The notes under the pieces are model-generated. The model was not told where the DNA came from. It did no database searches and was given only the letters and a program-made list of their open reading frames with translations. Below are positions 17,805 through 26,577 of a stretch of DNA of 64,000 nt, piece by piece (position 1 is the first letter of the stretch; every line of letters begins with the position of its first letter). Made by a program: the position numbers and the translations under genes. The DNA is from an uncultured bacterium (GTDB lineage Bacteria; Chlamydiota; Chlamydiia; Chlamydiales; VFKH01), in assembly GCA_964630595.1 (NCBI GenBank), contig CAZVVT010000001.1, positions 326,354 through 390,353 of the forward strand. Direction: 5' to 3'.

Positions 17805-18456
17805 CCCGAATTTGGAGGCAGATGTAGGAGAGGCCGTGGATGTTGTCGCCATCGCGACACTCTTTGGGTTTGCAGAGCTTGATGTAGATTTCTTTGTTGT
17901 ACCAAGGGGCAGTAGAGGTGCCGGCATCCTTTTTGGTGTAACGCTTGAATTCCTCGCCTGGATAGTAGGCCGTGAGAAGAGGGACGACCTTTTCGGCGTC
18001 TAGGCCTTCGACGTAAAAGTCGACAGCGGTGCCGGTGAGATGACGGGAGGTGCTGTTGGAGAAGGAAGGGTCCACCCAAGTGTTATGCTCCGGGCAGCGA
18101 TAGCCGGAGGTGATGACGACGCGCTTTTTGGTCTTTTCCTGCAGGTAATTGAGAAGGGTGATGAGCGTGGGGTGGATGTACTCACTGCCCTCTTTGAGGA
18201 AGAGGCTGTGGCGGCCGCTGCAGTCGAAGTGTTCGCCTCGAGCAGGATTGGTGCTGCAACCGCGGCAACGAAAGTACTCTTTGGTGATCTTGGTGAGACC
18301 GGATTGCGAGGTCTTGTTCCAGGGGTAGTCGGGGCGTGAAAGGCGCGTCATCTGCACCGGCTTAAAGGGCTCTTGCGAGACCGTCTCAATGCCGTAACCC
18401 TTCACCTCCTCTTCAGGAGTGCCGCACGCGAAGAGAAGCAATAAGAGGAAGATCAT
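17794..18456 (-). CDS. Peptidase M15A-like (D-Ala-D-Ala carboxypeptidase family) lipoprotein
   Basis: Lipobox LLLLLFAC; ITSGYRCPEHN; SRHLTGTAVD. Confidence 0.8.
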   Translation of the reverse strand: MIFLLLLLFACGTPEEEVKGYGIETVSQEPFKPVQMTRLSRPDYPWNKTSQSGLTKITKEYFRCRGCSTNPARGEHFDCSGRHSLFLKEGSEYIHPTLITLLNYLQEKTKKRVVITSGYRCPEHNTWVDPSFSNSTSRHLTGTAVDFYVEGLDAEKVVPLLTAYYPGEEFKRYTKKDAGTSTAPWYNKEIYIKLCKPKECRDGDNIHGLSYICLQIRAKE

Positions 18457-19163
18457 GATTGCATATTGTGCCAGACCGTATCGACGTCTTCAATCCCCTC
18501 CAGCCATTCAATGAGCGCCTCATTGGATTTTCGGTCCTCTTCACTGCACTCCACCATCACCTTGGGGATCATCTCCAGCTCAGCAGAGGTTGCTTTGACT
18601 TCGCGCGATTCGAGATGCTCCTTTACCGCATAGAGGTCGCTGGGCGCCGTGACCACCACCCATCCCTCGTCCGTGGCCTCAAGCTCTTCGGCACCTGCCT
18701 CTGAAGCAATGAGAAACAGCGTGTCCTCATCACCGGCGGGAATGCGAATGACCCCCTTCTGGTCAAAGTTGAAGGCAACTGAGCCGGGGTTGGCAATTGT
18801 GCCACCACGCTTGTTCGTAGCAATGCGGATGTCTGAGGCCGCGCGGTTTTTGTTGTCAGTCAACCCCTCCACAATGATCCCCACACCACCATAGCCGTAG
18901 AGCTCGTACGTAACGGGCATGTAATCGGCTTGGTCCTGCGAAGAGGCCTTCTTGATGTTGCGCTCGACGTTCTCAGCGGGCATGTTGGCCTCCCGCGCTT
19001 TCTGGATAGCCGTCCGCAGCCGTGGGTTGGCTTTCGGATCAGGGCCGCCCAGCTTCGCTGCGCTGATGATCTCTTTCGTCACCCGCGAGAAGATTTTGCC
19101 CTTAATGGCATCCGCTCTTCCCTTGCGGTGCTTGGTGTTCGCCCACTTACTATGTCCAGCCAT
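18453..19163 (-). CDS. yebC: YebC/PmpR family protein
   Basis: MAGHSKWANTKHRKG, YELYGYGG, TDNKNR, GSVAFNF; true start ATG 19163. Confidence 0.95.
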   Translation of the reverse strand: MAGHSKWANTKHRKGRADAIKGKIFSRVTKEIISAAKLGGPDPKANPRLRTAIQKAREANMPAENVERNIKKASSQDQADYMPVTYELYGYGGVGIIVEGLTDNKNRAASDIRIATNKRGGTIANPGSVAFNFDQKGVIRIPAGDEDTLFLIASEAGAEELEATDEGWVVVTAPSDLYAVKEHLESREVKATSAELEMIPKVMVECSEEDRKSNEALIEWLEGIEDVDTVWHNMQS

Positions 19164-19192
19164 AAATACCCACTTATAGTATACTATTGGCC

Positions 19193-19954
19193 ATGAAAAT
19201 TGTCTGTTTTCTCCTAGCAACAGTTTCTCTTTTCCTGCAGGCTGCAATCATGCCCATCAACTCCATCGAAGAAGCTCACCCTCACTTCTCGGAAATTAAT
19301 CATGCCACCCTCGTCTTTTTTGACCTCGACTGCACTCTGGTACAAAATGGAGAGCCCGCCTTCCAAATGGCGAACTTGAAAAAGCATAAGCCAATCGTAA
19401 AGAAACTATTAGCCAGTCTTTCAGAAGAGCAAGAGCACCTGTTTTGGAATACGAGTACTCTCGGTTCTCCTACGATCTTGATCGACCCAACAAGCCTGGA
19501 ACTTTTTTCTCAACTGCACAAGGCAGGTATCTCAACCATTGGATTGACTGCACAGAAAATTGGTCCGCTTTTTGAAGTTCCTAACATGGAACAGTGGCGT
19601 ATTGACCGTCTTCAGGCGCTGGGATTTGATTTTACTGTTACTGCTCCTGTTGTCACCAATTTCTCCTTTCCGGGGGCAAATTATCAGGGCGGCATTCTCT
19701 TCTCAGACGAACAAGGCAAGGGTGAAGTATTGGTTGCCTTTTTGCGAGCAGCTGACTTGCACCCCGCAAAGATCATCTTCATGGATGATCGAGAAGAAAA
19801 CGTGAACGACGTAGAAGCTGCGCTCCAGCAATTCGATCCCGAAATCGCATTTGTTGGCCTACATTATCGAGGAGCGCTGCACTACCCTTCTGCCGACATT
19901 ACTGCAGCGGAATTTGCTGAGAAGTGGACTGCTGTCGCAAACCGAATTCGCTAA
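19193..19954 (+). CDS. Secreted HAD-like protein (DUF2608 family)
   Basis: Signal peptide; FFDLDCTL, GLTA, KGEVL, IIFMDDREENV. Confidence 0.8.
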   Translation: MKIVCFLLATVSLFLQAAIMPINSIEEAHPHFSEINHATLVFFDLDCTLVQNGEPAFQMANLKKHKPIVKKLLASLSEEQEHLFWNTSTLGSPTILIDPTSLELFSQLHKAGISTIGLTAQKIGPLFEVPNMEQWRIDRLQALGFDFTVTAPVVTNFSFPGANYQGGILFSDEQGKGEVLVAFLRAADLHPAKIIFMDDREENVNDVEAALQQFDPEIAFVGLHYRGALHYPSADITAAEFAEKWTAVANRIR

Positions 19955-20417
19955 AAGACATCCGATTTCTCTTTTCCCACTCTCGCGCCTCTTTATAGTG
20001 GGGAAATTGTCGTTCTTTTTCTCGAAATTCTTTGCTGTGGATCGCGCGGCGGCCCGAAAGAGTGCGGTAGGGGCGGATGATGCTGTGCAGCGCCTCGTGA
20101 AAGAGCACATACTGGAGAAAGTAGTCGGGTACTTGCGTATCATCGAGCAGACGGTTGATGCGGATCTGCTTGCGGCGCTCGTCATAAAGACCGTAGCAGA
20201 TGCGCCTCTTGGCAGAAGAGGTAAACCAGACGACGGAAAGGTCCAGTTTGCCCGCAAAGTGCGTTTGGTTGACCAGATCCCATTGGCTAGCTAAGCGCTC
20301 GCTCCATGATAATCTTTTTAACGTACGTACCGTCTGCTTCTCGGAGGAAATGATCCTGACTACCCACCTCTTTAAAACCGAAGCGGCGGTAGAGATTGAT
20401 GGCCGGGTTGCCTTCAT
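19899..20417 (-). CDS. SprT-like zinc metalloprotease domain protein (start uncertain)
   Basis: IRINRLLD, YVLFHEALH (HExxH), HSKEFREKE; only in-frame ATG lies 131 nt inside the GNAT gene. Confidence 0.75.
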   Translation of the reverse strand: MKATRPSISTAASVLKRWVVRIISSEKQTVRTLKRLSWSERLASQWDLVNQTHFAGKLDLSVVWFTSSAKRRICYGLYDERRKQIRINRLLDDTQVPDYFLQYVLFHEALHSIIRPYRTLSGRRAIHSKEFREKERQFPHYKEAREWEKRNRMSFSEFGLRQQSTSQQIPLQ

Positions 20418-20778
20418 AAACCTCCAAATAGAGATGGGTCATGTGGAAACGATCGATCGCAAGGGCCAGGATGTTATTGAGCAGCATCGTGCCAATCCCC
20501 TTCCCACGGTGACCCTCTTCGACAATGATCGAGATCAGCCCCTGGTGCATCATCTTGCGATAGGGCATCAAGTTAATCGTGCAAATGCCGCAGGGAATTT
20601 CGTCATCCACCGCCGTCAGCGAAGAGCCGTAGCGCCAGTAACCAATCCAGTGGCGCACAGCGTCATCAAGCTCAGGCGAGGTGTTCATCATGGGAAACCA
20701 ACGAATGATCGCCGGATCGCGCAACCAGTCTAAGAGATAGGCTCCATCGCCTTCCTGTGTATATCTTATCTCTGTCAT
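20287..20778 (-). CDS. GNAT family N-acetyltransferase
   Basis: GHRGKGIGT, LEVYEGNPAINLYRRFGF; directly after prfB as in chlamydiae. Confidence 0.92.
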   Translation of the reverse strand: MTEIRYTQEGDGAYLLDWLRDPAIIRWFPMMNTSPELDDAVRHWIGYWRYGSSLTAVDDEIPCGICTINLMPYRKMMHQGLISIIVEEGHRGKGIGTMLLNNILALAIDRFHMTHLYLEVYEGNPAINLYRRFGFKEVGSQDHFLREADGTYVKKIIMERALS

Positions 20779-21864
20779 GAACTTCCCGTCTGTTTCAAGT
20801 AGGCCACAATAAATCCGTCCAACAACTCACCATCCATCATCGCCTGGATATTGCCCACCTCGTAGTTGGTGCGGTTGTCCTTCACCAACTGGTAGGGCTG
20901 AAAGACATAGCTGCGGATTTGGCTGCCAAAGCCGATCTCCTTCTTCTCCCCCGCTTCCTGCGCAAGAGTCGCCTGTCTTCTCTCCATCTCCAACTCAAAA
21001 AGCTTGGAGCGCAACATCTTCATGCACGCCTCGCGGTTCTGTAGTTGACTGCGCTCTGATTGACAGGAGACGACCACACCGCTGGGCGCGTGCGTAATGC
21101 GCACGGCCGAATCGGTCTTGTTGACGTGCTGCCCGCCCGCTCCTTGCGCGCGGTAGGTATCGATGCGCAAATCATCGGGCTTGATGTCGACTACGATCTC
21201 ATCGTCAATTTCAGGCGTTACCTCCACCGAGGCAAAACTAGTATGACGCCGCGCGTTGGAGTCAAAAGGCGAAATGCGCACCAAACGGTGCACCCCTTTT
21301 TCCGCCTTCGTCCAGCCGTAGGCAAAAGGCCCGCTAAATTTGTACGTGATGCTCTTTAAGCCCGCCACCTCACCATCCAACATATCGATGGCCTCCACTT
21401 TCCAGCCGCGCTTTTGCGCCCAGCGCTGGTACATGCGCGATAAGATGAGCACCCAATCGCACGCCTCCGTCCCGCCCGCGCCGGCATTGATCGTGATGTA
21501 GCAGTTTTTGCTGTCGAAGGGCTGCGAGAGCATGCGCTTCATCTCCAGCGCTTCAAGCTCTTTTTCCAAACGATCCATTTCGCCGCTGAAAAAAGCCGGG
21601 TCACTGGCGAAGTCTTCTTGCAGACTGCCCAGGTCCTCTATTTCACGCTTTAACGAGGAGAGAGGGTCATACCAGCTTTTCAGCTCGTTAGCCTCATTGA
21701 TGACCACTTTGGCCCCCTCCGGATCATTCCAGAAGGCGCTTTCAGCCATGATTGCGTCTAATTCTTGTATGCGAGACTGTTTCTTGGGGAGGTCAAAGAT
21801 ACCTCCACATCTGTTCGATACGCTCGCCCAGCTGCTTGATTCGACCGACTAAATCCGTTTCCAT
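20775..21864 (-). CDS. prfB: Peptide chain release factor 2, with programmed +1 frameshift
   Basis: ORF0 from ATG 21864 (METDLVGRIKQLGERIEQMWRYL) ends CTT TGA C; +1 frame continues DLPKKQ...; SPF and GGQ motifs. Confidence 0.97.
21792..21806 (-). promoter_or_regulatory. prfB +1 frameshift site with internal Shine-Dalgarno
   Basis: Minus strand GGAGG-TAT-CTT-TGA-C. Confidence 0.95.
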
Positions 21865-21872
21865 AAGGGCCT

Positions 21873-22673
21873 TTAAGATACCCCATCTCTTTCAATAAAA
21901 GCACGGATCTTGACTCGGTCTGCCTCCCAGCGGGCGCGGAAGGCCTGATTGGGCCCCTCTACGTTCAAACTAGCTGGAGGGGGTAGCGTGAGAGGTCCGT
22001 CGAAAAAGACGCCATTGACCCCGTCTTTGATGTAGAGGTTCATGGTCTGATCGTTGTGAGCAATGACGGGCACACCAAGGGCCAGGGCCTCTAAAAAGCC
22101 CATGCCAATCCCCTCCTGTTCGCGCGGGGCAACGTAGTAATCGCAGGTAGCAACCAGATCGAGCATCTGCTCTTTTGACATCCACTCTGTCTTGGAGATG
22201 ATTTCGCCGTTGGTGATCTGTAGATGCAGCGGGTGACGCTTCCACCAAAAAACGCGGTAGGGGGGCTGCGTCCTGCGCTGATGAACGCGCTGCTGAAGGG
22301 GCGGGAAGTAGCGCACATCGAGGCAGCGGAAATCGTGAAAGTAGTCGGCAATCCCTTGAGCAAACGAGAGAATGCGCACGCCAAACAGTTTGAAGAGCCC
22401 TCTCTTGGACAGGGGCTTAAAGCCGTCCCACATGGGCACAAAGAGGATCTTTGTCCAAAAAAAGCGCAGGACGTGATGGAAGAAAGAGGGCTGCGTGGCA
22501 AAAAAGACAACCCAGTCCGGGCGAAAGCGAAAGATCGCACAAGTGAGCTGCCATGAGCTCATCTCTTCTTTGCGAATCACTTCGACCTGCGCAAACTCCT
22601 CGAGCAGCGCGATGAGGAAGAGATCGCTTTCTGTAGTGCGAAAGTGGCGTTTGGTAATGAAACTGATTTTCAC
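21873..22673 (-). CDS. Glycosyltransferase, GT-B fold (GT4-like), compact
   Basis: YVAPREQEGIGMGFLEALALGVPVIA (EX7E), IKDGVNG. Confidence 0.85.
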   Translation of the reverse strand: MKISFITKRHFRTTESDLFLIALLEEFAQVEVIRKEEMSSWQLTCAIFRFRPDWVVFFATQPSFFHHVLRFFWTKILFVPMWDGFKPLSKRGLFKLFGVRILSFAQGIADYFHDFRCLDVRYFPPLQQRVHQRRTQPPYRVFWWKRHPLHLQITNGEIISKTEWMSKEQMLDLVATCDYYVAPREQEGIGMGFLEALALGVPVIAHNDQTMNLYIKDGVNGVFFDGPLTLPPPASLNVEGPNQAFRARWEADRVKIRAFIERDGVS

Positions 22674-24400
22674 AACGACAACTGCAGATCACGGGATAGT
22701 TTCCACGTCCAAGAAGGCTCGTGGATGGGTTCTAACTTGCGTTTCTTGCCGCGAATCGTGAGCCTGTGCCCATCGGGCACTTGAATCGTCTCGGCTTGAG
22801 TGAAGAGGCAATCTTGTGCATCGAGTTCCGCAAAACCGTTCAGCTCAATGATCAGCTTCGTATGGATCTCTACATCATGCATGCGCAAACGACCGAGCTT
22901 TTCGCTGAACTTCACATGGAAATGCTCGTCCGTTTTTCCCAAAGGGGCATCGGCTGTGACATGCAGTGATCCGTTGACAGACAGATGCTCGATGTCCACT
23001 TCTGCGATATCGAGAATGATCTCGCTGTTTTCTGCAATCGTGCCAAAGCGCACCTTTTGGCGAATGATCGACCAGAGAGGCCCCAGCGCGGGATGGAGAA
23101 CAATCGTACAGGGCAGCGAAAGTGCAAAGAGCTCTTGCATATTGCGCTGGATATCCGCAAATGCCCCTACAGCTGTCTCTCGCGGATTGTCTTTAAAGGG
23201 GTTTTTGATGACGGAGATCGTTTTTAGGCGCTCTGCAAAGAGGATAAAGCTGGGCAGATCTTGCGGACTCGTACCGGTGAAAGCCTCCCCTAAGTTTTGC
23301 ATCATCGTCTCCAGGCGCGCTGTGGGCTTGCCATCGGTGGGCTTGAAGTTGAGCAGCGGTCCAGGCATCGGCATACGGCGGGCCGCGCGGGCTACTGCGT
23401 CAATGTTGGCAAAGAGAATGTTGGTGTTCGAAGGAAAGGCGGAGTAGGAACTGCCCTCTTCTTTGGGGCGATCGGTCAAACCAAAACGGGCAAAGTCGCT
23501 GTACTCCACATTGGAAATCGCATAACGGTGGTCTTTCTCCATAACCACGTTCATCCCCTCCGCTGCCCCCACAAGCCGCTGGCAGGAGAGAAACCCAAAA
23601 GCCTTGTTGTGCTTTGCCCCAAAGCCGAGGAAGGCGATGATCCCGTTATCTGTTGCAGCAATGGGGTTGTTGATTTGGCGCACCAGCGCCCACTTACGCC
23701 CCAGCTCCTTGAACCAGTCGAAAATGCCGCTTTCCAGGGCCAACTTCCAAATCACCCCGTGACCGCCCGGCTTCATCTGCAGGCGCCCTGCGTCATCGTA
23801 TTGCCAGTTGCCCTCGCGGTCGACTACCGGCACCTGAGGCTGCATGAAGCAGCGCAGGGATTCATTGGGCCGCCCAAAAAAGTGCGTTCCCTCAAAAAGG
23901 CGCGCAATGCGGGCGTGGTTGTCCTTCTCCTGGGAGGTCATCAGACCCACGGGCGTTACCAATTGGCGCCCAAAGAGCTTAAAAAAGAGCCACTCGCGGG
24001 CGTAGAGGTCGCGCACGAGCCCCTCCAGCAGCGTACGGCCCAGGAAGTGGAAAAGAGCGGCAGGCAGCGCTTGGCCCCCCTCCATCAGCCCCAGACGATC
24101 ACCGGCGCCGCCTACAGGCCATAATTCGGCTGCAAACTCCTGAGCCTCAATTCCTGCCACCACATCGCAGTCGTCTACGTGGACCCCTTCTGGGGCATAA
24201 AGCTTCAAAGGAACGGGCTTTTTGTGCAGCACGTCGAGCACTTGGGCTTGGTAGCCGGACAGCCCCCCCTCGAACGCAAAAAAGCGCTCCACAGGGGCCA
24301 AAGCGTGCAGATTATACTCTAGGTCCCCTTCTTGGTATTGACCTAGCGCCTTCCATTTCGCTACAAGAGGTGAGAGTTTTGGGTTCGGGTGTATTGACAC
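22670..24400 (-). CDS. UTP--glucose-1-phosphate uridylyltransferase (chlamydial/UGP3 type)
   Basis: GGAGDRLGL, LEGLVRDL, MTSQEKDNH, KPGGHGVIW, VRQINNP, NVEY, RLETMMQN. Confidence 0.85.
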   Translation of the reverse strand: MSIHPNPKLSPLVAKWKALGQYQEGDLEYNLHALAPVERFFAFEGGLSGYQAQVLDVLHKKPVPLKLYAPEGVHVDDCDVVAGIEAQEFAAELWPVGGAGDRLGLMEGGQALPAALFHFLGRTLLEGLVRDLYAREWLFFKLFGRQLVTPVGLMTSQEKDNHARIARLFEGTHFFGRPNESLRCFMQPQVPVVDREGNWQYDDAGRLQMKPGGHGVIWKLALESGIFDWFKELGRKWALVRQINNPIAATDNGIIAFLGFGAKHNKAFGFLSCQRLVGAAEGMNVVMEKDHRYAISNVEYSDFARFGLTDRPKEEGSSYSAFPSNTNILFANIDAVARAARRMPMPGPLLNFKPTDGKPTARLETMMQNLGEAFTGTSPQDLPSFILFAERLKTISVIKNPFKDNPRETAVGAFADIQRNMQELFALSLPCTIVLHPALGPLWSIIRQKVRFGTIAENSEIILDIAEVDIEHLSVNGSLHVTADAPLGKTDEHFHVKFSEKLGRLRMHDVEIHTKLIIELNGFAELDAQDCLFTQAETIQVPDGHRLTIRGKKRKLEPIHEPSWTWKLSRDLQLSL

Positions 24401-24476
24401 TTTTCCTCTTGCAAGTATTGAGGCGGGTTCGATTTAATGCACGCTAAAATCCTCTCTCAAAACTACAGGAGAAAAC

Positions 24477-24734
24477 ATGGCAAAGAAGAAGGAATCAGCG
24501 CTCCAAAAGCCCGTTCATTTCAGCGAAGACCTCGCAGAAATCGTCGGCAAGGGGCCACTTCCACGCACAGAGATCACCAAAAAATTGTGGGTCTACATTA
24601 AGAAGCACAAGCTGCAAGACGAAAAAGTAAAGCGCAACATTAAGCCTGACACAAAACTCGGCAAGATCGTCGGCAGCAAGACACTAGACATGTTTGCAAT
24701 GACAAAACACGTCTCCAAGCACATTAAGAAGTAA
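24477..24734 (+). CDS. SWIB/MDM2 domain protein
   Basis: LAEIVGKGPLPRTEITKKLWVYIKKHKLQD; AGGAG RBS upstream. Confidence 0.93.
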   Translation: MAKKKESALQKPVHFSEDLAEIVGKGPLPRTEITKKLWVYIKKHKLQDEKVKRNIKPDTKLGKIVGSKTLDMFAMTKHVSKHIKK

Positions 24735-24749
24735 TTTCTTCTTTTTTCC

Positions 24750-24772
24750 GGGGCAGTTATCATAATTGCCCC
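24750..24772. promoter_or_regulatory. Hairpin after SWIB gene that contains the putative truA -10 box
   Basis: GGGGCAGTTAT-C-ATAATTGCCCC; CATAAT 24761-24766 is 7 nt before ATG 24774. Confidence 0.5.
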
Positions 24773-24773
24773 T

Positions 24774-25517
24774 ATGCCGACTTATAAATTAACTCTCTCC
24801 TACGACGGCACCGATTTCTCCGGCTGGCAGCAGCAGTGCAACGCGCAGTCCATTCACCAGATCACCAAAGAAGCCATTGAGCAGATCCTGCAAGATCCCA
24901 TTCGCTTAATTGGCTCGGGTCGTACCGATGCGGGCGTGCACGCGCTCGCTCAGGTGGCGCATTTCACACATCCCTCCGTACGCGAACCCTACCGCCTTCT
25001 GCGCGGCATCAACGCACTACTGCCCCCTACGATCCGCGTGATGGAGGTGGAAATCGTGGATGATGCTTTCCACGCACAGCGCAGTGCGAAGGGCAAAATC
25101 TACCACTACCACCTTTGGCTAGACGAACACATCGATCCTACTCAGCGCCTCTATGTTTGGAAGCCTAAAAGGACCGTAGATGTTGCCCTACTGCGACAAG
25201 CGGCCAAAGAATTCATCGGCACCAAGGACTTCACCAGCTTTGCCAACAAAGCAAACGAGGGAAGTGCGGCGAAAAACCCCGTACGCACAATCCACCGCAT
25301 CGATGTCGTGGAAGAAACGGGTGGTGTGCGCTTGGAATTTCACGGAAATGGTTTTCTCTACAAGATGGTGCGCAATATCGTGGGAGCGATGGTTGCAGCC
25401 GCTTCAGGAAAGCTCGAAATGGACGAGATCGCGCGAATCTTTGCCGCACGCGACCGCAGACGTGCGCCCCAAGCCGCTGGTGCCAGCGGGCTATTTCTAG
25501 TCCAAGTGCTCTATTGA
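24774..25517 (+). CDS. truA: tRNA pseudouridine(38-40) synthase
   Basis: YDGTDFSGWQ, GSGRTDAGVHA, DFTSF, GFLYKMVRNIVG. Confidence 0.96.
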   Translation: MPTYKLTLSYDGTDFSGWQQQCNAQSIHQITKEAIEQILQDPIRLIGSGRTDAGVHALAQVAHFTHPSVREPYRLLRGINALLPPTIRVMEVEIVDDAFHAQRSAKGKIYHYHLWLDEHIDPTQRLYVWKPKRTVDVALLRQAAKEFIGTKDFTSFANKANEGSAAKNPVRTIHRIDVVEETGGVRLEFHGNGFLYKMVRNIVGAMVAAASGKLEMDEIARIFAARDRRRAPQAAGASGLFLVQVLY

Positions 25518-26165
25518 TTCGAATGAGGGAAAATAGGAGACCGTGGGGAACTTCCTTGCTACTTCCTCGAAAGGCGTAATCAACACAGGCTTAGCGCGCG
25601 TTGCCATCAGACTCTGAATGCCGCGTGGCGAATCTTCGAATCCTACAATGAAATCTCCACTTTTCGCCAATTTGTCGATGGCGATCTGGAAGCACTCGGG
25701 ATGGGGTTTGGGATGGGTATACTGCTCTCTTGTGATCCAAGTAGGAATCGTGTTGAGAATGGGATGTTGGTCGCGCAAAACACCGATGTGATGTGTGGGA
25801 GAGTTGGTAGCTACAGCACTTTTTATGCCCGACGCTTTGATCGTTTCCAGCAATTGCTGCACACCGGGCATTAAAGGGCATCCCACCTCTTCGATCAAGT
25901 CGGAATAGATCTGTCCTTTTTTCGCATACAGCACCTGCGCTCCGCCCTCTTTGGCCACCAAATCGGGATAGCGGCGATGCAGTTCATTGATCATGCCCGA
26001 CGCTGCCCCATGAGCAATGTGGCAGTACTGCCGAAAGTCTAGATCGAAGGGCACATCATAGCTTTCGAGCAACTTCCCATAGGCTTGGTAATGGAGTCGT
26101 TCGGTATCTACCAAGAGCCCGTCAAAATCGAACAAAAAAAGTTGAACCTTTATCACCCAGTTCAT
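25497..26165 (-). CDS. HAD family phosphatase
   Basis: FDFDGLLVDTE, VATNS, KPHPE, FEDSPRGI. Confidence 0.9.
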   Translation of the reverse strand: MNWVIKVQLFLFDFDGLLVDTERLHYQAYGKLLESYDVPFDLDFRQYCHIAHGAASGMINELHRRYPDLVAKEGGAQVLYAKKGQIYSDLIEEVGCPLMPGVQQLLETIKASGIKSAVATNSPTHHIGVLRDQHPILNTIPTWITREQYTHPKPHPECFQIAIDKLAKSGDFIVGFEDSPRGIQSLMATRAKPVLITPFEEVARKFPTVSYFPSFESIEHLD

Positions 26166-26208
26166 AAGCTATTCGAGACATACTAACCCGAATTTTGAGT
26201 TTACCTCC

Positions 26209-26454
26209 ATGAAAGAATTTGTTGAGTACATTGTGAAAAACCTCGTTGACAACCCCCAAGGCATTGCTGTGAGCACGCTGGAGGGCGAGCGCGGCATGAT
26301 CATCGAAATTCGCGTACCCAAAAGCGACATTGGCAAAGTTGTGGGCCGTCAAGGCAACACGATTAAAGCCCTACGCACGATTGTGACCGCTATTTCCGCG
26401 CGACTAGGCAAGCACGTGCGGCTCGAATTAATCGAACCGGAAGCCGCTGCTTGA
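26209..26454 (+). CDS. KH-domain RNA-binding protein, KhpA-like, paralog 2
   Basis: MKEFVEYIVKNLVD, DIGKVVGRQGNTIKALRT. Confidence 0.92.
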   Translation: MKEFVEYIVKNLVDNPQGIAVSTLEGERGMIIEIRVPKSDIGKVVGRQGNTIKALRTIVTAISARLGKHVRLELIEPEAAA

Positions 26455-26493
26455 CTTCTCCGGATGAGGCAGTTTAGACTACCTCATCCTTTT
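26451..26493 (+). promoter_or_regulatory. Sigma70-type promoter of tRNA-Cys overlapping a terminator-like hairpin
   Basis: TTGACT(26451)-N18-TAGACT(26475); stem GGATGAGG...CCTCATCC followed by TTTT. Confidence 0.6.
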
Positions 26494-26565
26494 GGTGGCA
26501 TAGCCAAGTGGTAAGGCAGTGGCCTGCAAAGCCGCGAGTCCCCAGTTCGAATCTGGGTGCCACCT
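26494..26565 (+). tRNA. tRNA-Cys (anticodon GCA)
   Basis: GGTGGCATAGCCAAGTGGTAAGGCA-GTGGC-CTGCAAA-GCCGC-GAGTCCCCAGTTCGAATCTGGGTGCCACCT. Confidence 0.96.
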
Positions 26566-26577
26566 ATACATCTTTAT

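Noticed and set aside
26184-26201. TAACCCGAATTTTGAGTT resembling an IS982 terminal repeat
   Set aside because: Single short match inside a 43-bp divergent promoter gap; no partner end or transposase.
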